Assembly (NCBI GenBank): GCA_937893205.1
Contig: CALBJU010000274.1
Location: forward strand, 1 to 31,728
Length of the DNA: 31,728 nt
Direction of reading: 5' to 3'
Source of the DNA: an uncultured Bacteroidota bacterium
GTDB taxonomy: Bacteria; Bacteroidota; Rhodothermia; Rhodothermales; UBA10348
This document shows positions 27,045 to 31,728 of this stretch, in pieces; within the stretch, counting starts at the first letter, position 1; each line of letters starts with the position of its first letter. Under the pieces are notes generated by a model. The model searched no databases, was not told where the DNA came from, and was given only the letters and a program-made list of their open reading frames with translations. The position numbers were made by a program, and so were the translations under genes.

Positions 27045-27082
27045 CATATCAGATGAATAAGAGCATACCAGATGAATAAGAG
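27045..27082. repeat. 19-bp tandem duplication (1 mismatch)
   Basis: CATATCAGATGAATAAGAG / CATACCAGATGAATAAGAG. Confidence 0.8.
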
Positions 27083-27091
27083 CCGTTGGGA

Positions 27092-27400
27092 TTAAGCTCC
27101 GGCCTGTTCCCATGCCCACCTACCAAGAACTCCAACTGCAGAGGCTGCAGCCAGAGCAGCGAGATTGGTTAGAATATCGGTCAAGTACCCGCCAACGGCT
27201 GGAATCTCACTCAATGCTCCTGCGACAATCGAAAGACCGATCGCAATTACAAAGGTTCTCATGAGATCTCCAGTGTCACGTTGCACGCCAAGAGCAAGTC
27301 CCAGAGCGGCGGTGATGGCGGCTGCATACGGGATTTCAACAAATGCCGTCAATATGACAAACACCAGGCCGACACGAAGAGTGGTTTTCAAATAGTCCAT
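27092..27400 (-). CDS. Hypothetical small membrane protein (102 aa)
   Basis: ATG start, about four hydrophobic segments and IPAVGGYLTDIL; converges on the terminator at 26946. Confidence 0.7.
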   Translation of the reverse strand: MDYLKTTLRVGLVFVILTAFVEIPYAAAITAALGLALGVQRDTGDLMRTFVIAIGLSIVAGALSEIPAVGGYLTDILTNLAALAAASAVGVLGRWAWEQAGA

Positions 27401-27599
27401 GTTTTCCTCAGGATATCAGTTCTTGATTACGAGAATTCCTCCCCGCGACTAGTTTATTCAATCGAAGTCCAAAGACAAAATATTTTGTGACACTATTTAT
27501 ACATCTTTTGATTCACAGAGGTAGAATCTCACCCAATAGAGTTTGAAAAAGGGTTGTTGAACCGTGCTTTAAGGGGATTGTCCTGGAAGCTCGACTTTC

Positions 27600-27694
27600 T
27601 GGCGTGCCCGGGCGGAATTATTCGGCGCTTCGCGCCTCAACCGTCGGAACGCTGTGCGTTCCGACGGTCGAACCCCCGACCTCCTGGTCCATAG
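27600..27694 (-). mobile_element. att-like 3' half of tRNA-Arg (ACG-like) with a 50-nt insertion in the T-loop
   Basis: The minus strand reads CTATGGA (anticodon loop) CCAGG AGGTC GGGGG TTCGA [27667-27618 insertion] TT CCGCC CGGGCAC G CCA. The 5' anticodon stem and D-arm are absent. The loop is one change from Arg CTACGGA. Confidence 0.75.
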
Positions 27695-28109
27695 GTTGAC
27701 GATTAAGCAAATATGACTGAAAAAGAGGCTTAATTGCTCAAATAAGACCGATTACTGGGAAAGTAAAAATAATGGGTGACAGAGAAGGCACAAGCAAAGT
27801 CCCAGGATCTGAATTGAACAGGCGTGCGGTTCGACTCTGCTCACAAGTCAAATAGAATGACCGTAAGTCCATGGGTTTAAATAGATAACGCAAAGGATTG
27901 CTTTAGCAGGTTAAGGATTGAGTTGAGGAAGCAGAAAGCATTCCGTCGCTCCTCATCATGTAGCTAGGAACCCCCGGGTCCCATTTCGGATGTACCGATA
28001 GATCAGTCTGGACGGGTAAACATATTTATTTGATCGGAAAATCGAGACTACATAAAATTCAGACCGTGAGAGCCCCGCTGTGCGCTGGTTACATACACCC
28101 TGAATGCGC

Positions 28110-28154
28110 AGAGGATTTTAAGTCCGTTGCGTCTACTTATTCCGGCATCTCCGC
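28110..28154 (-). pseudogene. Degenerate tRNA-Leu(TAA) 5' half
   Basis: The minus strand reads GCGGAGA TG CCGGAATAAGTAGACG C AACGGA CTTAAAA TCCTCT. This is a Leu-type D-arm (compare GCGGAATTGGTAGACGC) with a TAA anticodon loop, but the stem is mismatched and no T-arm or acceptor 3' strand follows. Confidence 0.6.
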
Positions 28155-28261
28155 AAAGCCGTTTCGACGGTGACTGCTGGTGTTTTGGATCAACTCTTTC
28201 GAGTTAGAATTGTACTTCTGAGAGGTTCCTCGTTTCTTGCGTCAACCCAAGCCCTTGAACC

Positions 28262-28490
28262 ATGGTTGGCAAGTCCTTATCGCACTACAAGATCCTCGAA
28301 GAACTGGGCCGTGGCGGCATGGGGATCGTCTACAAGGGCGAGGACACGAAATGGTACCGGCAGATCTGATATTTCTTCGGACGGGCGATATATCGTTACG
28401 TTCGCCTCTGAAATATTCTTGGAGAAGGTAGAACCACCGGGCGTTTCCATTGAGTGGTGGCAAAATTGGGCGTACTCGTTGGACAAATAG
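28262..28490 (+). pseudogene. Ser/Thr protein kinase gene relic with a large internal deletion (N-terminal 30 codons joined out of frame to a PD40/TolB-type C-terminus)
   Basis: MVGKSLSHYKILEELGRGGMGIVYKGEDTK (subdomain I, GxGGMGxVY) breaks at 28351. Another frame gives SDISSDGRYIV...SIEWWQNWAYSLDK*, which resembles the end of kinase-PD40 proteins. Confidence 0.75.
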
Positions 28491-28672
28491 CTGAAGGATC
28501 GGGCGATTGTAGATTCATCCTCGTGGCCCTACTCATAACAAGCACTTTTTGCAGGCTCGGGCCCACAACTATGATTTGATTAACCGGGAATGAATACGCA
28601 CCAAGCCGCCACCGAATCAAGGAGGCCCTCTCGCGCGTTGGGAGCTCACCCAGAATCCAATAGCCATACACC

Positions 28673-31558
28673 GTGTCTCGATTGCCACTGCTCCTGCTCG
28701 TCCTTGGTCTGATCCTGGCCATCCCGGCCTCCGCCCAGGACATCCCCCTGAAAAAGTACACCCTGCTCCCGGACGAAGCTGAAGAGTCCCACGTACGCGC
28801 CACCGCGCGGGTCAGCGTGCGGACCGAACGGCCGCTCGTGCTGTACTCGGTCGACTACAAAGCGGCCGGTACACCCGAAGAAATCACCCGCTCCTTCTTC
28901 AGGGATCGCGGTATAGATCTCGGCATGGAAACGGGTGGCGACGACATGGTGCTGCAGGCCGTCCGCAAAACACCGGGTGGTACTCGGGTGCGCTTCACGC
29001 AGGTCGTGAACGGGATTCCAGTCTACCAATCGGGCGTCGCCATCACCTTGGACAGAGAAGGAACGGTCCGGTATGTCACGAACGGGTACAAGGCGAACCT
29101 GCACGTCGACGTCTTCACGTCCAAGACGGGTGATGACGAGGCTATTGCCATCGCCGAAGCATTCCTGGAGACGGACAAGGCACGGCACGCCACCCACGAG
29201 CAAGTGATTTACGCTCCATTCGGAGCCGGGCGTTTGGCCCACCGCGTGGAAATGGTCACGGACAAAGGCTCCTGGGAGATCCTGGTTGATGCCGCTTCCG
29301 GAGAGGTCTTCCGCTCAGAGCCGACCTCCCATTTGCGCGATATACGAGCCACCAGCAACGCATCGACTCCCGCAAGCGCTAAACCGACGCCTGCACCTGA
29401 TCTGTCGGCGGGTGTGAGCCGGGTCGATGGATCGGGTTGGGTTTTCGATCCCGATCCGATGTCGACGGCCGGTGTGTTGTACGGCGATGCGTCCGCCTTC
29501 GAAGACTTAAACGACGCGGACAGCCCGGGACTGACCGCCCAGTTGCGCGAGCGCACGCTCCGCGACATCTCGTTCGATGGGACGAATTTTCATTTGACTG
29601 GGCAGTACGCCGCCGTGGCTGATTTCGATGTGCCGAATCGGGGCCTCTTCGCACAAGACAGCAGCAACTTCCACTTCACGCGCAGCCACCCCGCGTTCGA
29701 GGCGGTGAACACGTATTTCCACCTCGACCAGTCCATGCGCTACATCAACGAGACGCTGGGCTTCGAGCTCAAGCCCATCCAGTATGATGGCGGCGTTCAG
29801 TTCGATCCGCACTGGGGTGATCAGACGGTGAACGCCCAGTACCTGTTCACCGGACAGCTCCGATTCGGGGAAGGCGGCGTGGATGCAGCCGAGGACGGCG
29901 AAATTGTTCTGCATGAACTGGGTCACGGGATCCACGACTGGGTCACGGACGGCAATCTTAGTCGACTGCAAGGACTTAGCGAAGGCAGCTCAGACTACTG
30001 GGCAGCCTCGTACACCCGAAGCCTCGGCCTCTGGAATGTAGGCGACGAGGGCCACGATCTCATGGGCCGCTGGGGATTGAAACCATTCTTTGGCAGCCGC
30101 ACGGTCGACTACTCGGGCAACTACCCGTTCGATTTGACCGGCTCAATCCACACGGACGGCCAGATCTGGTCATCGGCGGTGATTTCCGTCTGGGATGAGC
30201 TCGGCAAGGAAACTACTGACTTGCTCTTCCTGGAGGCCCTCTCGATGCTGGGTTCGGGCAGCACGACGGAAGACGCCGCCCGCGCCATCGTGCTCGCTGA
30301 CACCTTGCTGAATGGCGCTGTTAACGCAGCCCTGGTGCTCGACAAAATGGTCGATCGAGGCTTCATCTTCCGGGCAGCCCTTGCAGCGATCGGACGCTCG
30401 GGACCACCACCGCGCGCGGTGACTTTCTTCGATCTCTCGACATTCGGAGCCGGATCGGCCACTGCCTGGGAGTGGGACTACGAAAGCGACGGCATCGTCG
30501 ACAACACGTCCTCACTCGCCAGCTTCACCTATTCCACGCCGGGTTTCTACTCGGTCACGCTCACGGCTTCGGGGGATGGACGCACCCGGACCACGGTATT
30601 GACAGATTACATCTCAGTCAACTCTGGCGTCTATGTCTGGGAAGGCACGGGTAATACCGGCTCGCGTAGTGGTCGATTCATTGCCGATCTGCTTCAGAAT
30701 GCCGGTGTGGAGACGCACTACTCCCGGACACCAATCATCCACCCCTCTCTCGAAGGGTTTGACGCAGTCTTCCTCTCGTTCGGGCCCTACGCTCCCCAGG
30801 ATGCTCCGGTACCGCTCACCCAGATTCCCGCTCGAACCATACGTGACTATCTGGCCGCGGGTGGAAGAGTCTACCTAGAGGGCGGCGAGGCGCTTGGATT
30901 CGATCAGAGATCGAATCCGCAATTGCTGGCCCTCTTCGGCATCCAATTGGCATCGGATGGGGACAACGGGAATCGCCCCGTCACGGATTTGCGCGGGCAG
31001 GACAATTCGATTGCGACGGGTCGCCGGTTCACGTCGTCACAGCAGACGAGTGTGTCGTCAGTCGACACGTTCACGCCGAACAACGAAGGCCGGCCCATGT
31101 TCGTCGAGGAAGGCTACGGCACTGTGGGTGTCCAGGCCGAGACCTCAGGCGGCGGCCGTTCGGTTGTGCTGTCTTACACACTTGCGGATCTTATCGATGG
31201 GGAAAGCCGACGGGTTCAGGTACTCCAGGATATCGTTGACTTCTTCGGCATCTCGGCCATCATCACGGACACCGAGCAGATCGAACTGCCGGAATCCGTG
31301 ACACTGTCGCCCATCTACCCGAATCCATTCAACCAGACAGCTAAGCTTTCGTTTGATCTGCCCCAGGCTTCGTCTGTGCGGATCGAGGTCGTGAATATGT
31401 TGGGTCAGCGGGTCGCGGTGCTTCTGGACGGAGAGGCGTTGTCCGCCGGATCGCACGAAGTCAGCCTGGACAGCAATCGCCTCCCGAGCGGGATGTACTT
31501 CGTGAGCCTGCAGGCTGGTAATCAGGTCAAGCGGATGCCTGTGGTGCTCGTGCGCTGA
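28673..31558 (+). CDS. T9SS-secreted zinc metallopeptidase (FTP/PepSY-like propeptide, M36/M4-like catalytic domain, PKD domain, T9SS CTD)
   Basis: Signal peptide, VRFTQVVNGIPV propeptide, EAVNTYFHLD, IVLHELGHGIHD plus GLSEGSSDY, PKD motif (WEWDYESDG...FTYSTPGFYSVTLT) and CTD (LSPIYPNPFN...LPSGMYFVSL). Confidence 0.92.
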   Translation: MSRLPLLLLVLGLILAIPASAQDIPLKKYTLLPDEAEESHVRATARVSVRTERPLVLYSVDYKAAGTPEEITRSFFRDRGIDLGMETGGDDMVLQAVRKTPGGTRVRFTQVVNGIPVYQSGVAITLDREGTVRYVTNGYKANLHVDVFTSKTGDDEAIAIAEAFLETDKARHATHEQVIYAPFGAGRLAHRVEMVTDKGSWEILVDAASGEVFRSEPTSHLRDIRATSNASTPASAKPTPAPDLSAGVSRVDGSGWVFDPDPMSTAGVLYGDASAFEDLNDADSPGLTAQLRERTLRDISFDGTNFHLTGQYAAVADFDVPNRGLFAQDSSNFHFTRSHPAFEAVNTYFHLDQSMRYINETLGFELKPIQYDGGVQFDPHWGDQTVNAQYLFTGQLRFGEGGVDAAEDGEIVLHELGHGIHDWVTDGNLSRLQGLSEGSSDYWAASYTRSLGLWNVGDEGHDLMGRWGLKPFFGSRTVDYSGNYPFDLTGSIHTDGQIWSSAVISVWDELGKETTDLLFLEALSMLGSGSTTEDAARAIVLADTLLNGAVNAALVLDKMVDRGFIFRAALAAIGRSGPPPRAVTFFDLSTFGAGSATAWEWDYESDGIVDNTSSLASFTYSTPGFYSVTLTASGDGRTRTTVLTDYISVNSGVYVWEGTGNTGSRSGRFIADLLQNAGVETHYSRTPIIHPSLEGFDAVFLSFGPYAPQDAPVPLTQIPARTIRDYLAAGGRVYLEGGEALGFDQRSNPQLLALFGIQLASDGDNGNRPVTDLRGQDNSIATGRRFTSSQQTSVSSVDTFTPNNEGRPMFVEEGYGTVGVQAETSGGGRSVVLSYTLADLIDGESRRVQVLQDIVDFFGISAIITDTEQIELPESVTLSPIYPNPFNQTAKLSFDLPQASSVRIEVVNMLGQRVAVLLDGEALSAGSHEVSLDSNRLPSGMYFVSLQAGNQVKRMPVVLVR

Positions 31559-31728
31559 GGTGAGCCCCGCATACGAGTAGCTATCAGACATTCTTCAAGA
31601 GTAGGATCATGTGTCAAATCTGATTCCTAGAAAAGTCAATTCAAGCCTCGATATACCGCCGCCCGAAACTGTTTCTGTATCTCCCAAGAGAATGGGACAG
31701 CGCGTGTCATGAACAACCCATATATGTT

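Noticed and set aside
27822-27843. T-arm-like GCGTGCGGTTCGACTCTGCTC on the plus strand
   Set aside because: It resembles a tRNA 3' piece but has only a 4-bp imperfect stem and no acceptor or CCA, which is too short to support a call.
27600-28154. Functional tRNAs, or one intron-split tRNA
   Set aside because: The Arg relic lacks the D-arm and 5' strand, and the Leu relic lacks the T-arm and 3' strand. Their acceptor strands (GCGGAGA versus CGGGCAC) do not pair.
1-31728. CRISPR array, DGR, retron, IS/transposase or integrase
   Set aside because: I saw no repeat-spacer periodicity (the tandem repeats have no spacers), no reverse transcriptase, Cas, transposase or recombinase ORF, and no TR/VR pair.
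31700-31728. Possible next CDS start (ATG AAC AAC CCA TAT ATG)
   Set aside because: Only about six codons lie inside the window, so it cannot be supported.

Overview
This looks like a chromosomal accessory region of an FCB-group bacterium, most likely Rhodothermota-like. That assignment is inferred from a T9SS C-terminal sorting domain and from the choice-of-anchor B, VPS10, DUF5916 and DUF2911 genes; GC is roughly 55%. About 16 apparently intact CDS encode mostly envelope and degradative functions: a TonB-dependent receptor, a DinB-family protein, a VPS10/BNR protein, DUF418, an MGH1/GH63-like glycoside hydrolase, a sulfatase, an ACE-like M2 peptidase and a T9SS-secreted metallopeptidase. 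A Fic gene, a class II aldolase and an uncharacterised TIM-barrel + Tm-1-like (UPF0261) pair are also present. The most striking pattern is structural. Four abrupt, IS-free junctions (~11121, ~17805, ~21271, ~28351) fuse gene fragments directly to each other. The only two frameshifts I found lie in already-truncated genes, and one further gene carries an in-frame TGA. This points to genome erosion or rearrangement, although assembly chimeras are not excluded. An AT-rich scar at 27400-28260 holds a tRNA-Arg 3'-half (att-like, starting exactly at the anticodon loop) with a 50-nt double-hairpin insertion in its T-loop, plus a decayed tRNA-Leu(TAA) 5'-half. I found no CRISPR array, rRNA, intact tRNA, integrase or transposase. 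All family calls come from motif recognition, not database searches.
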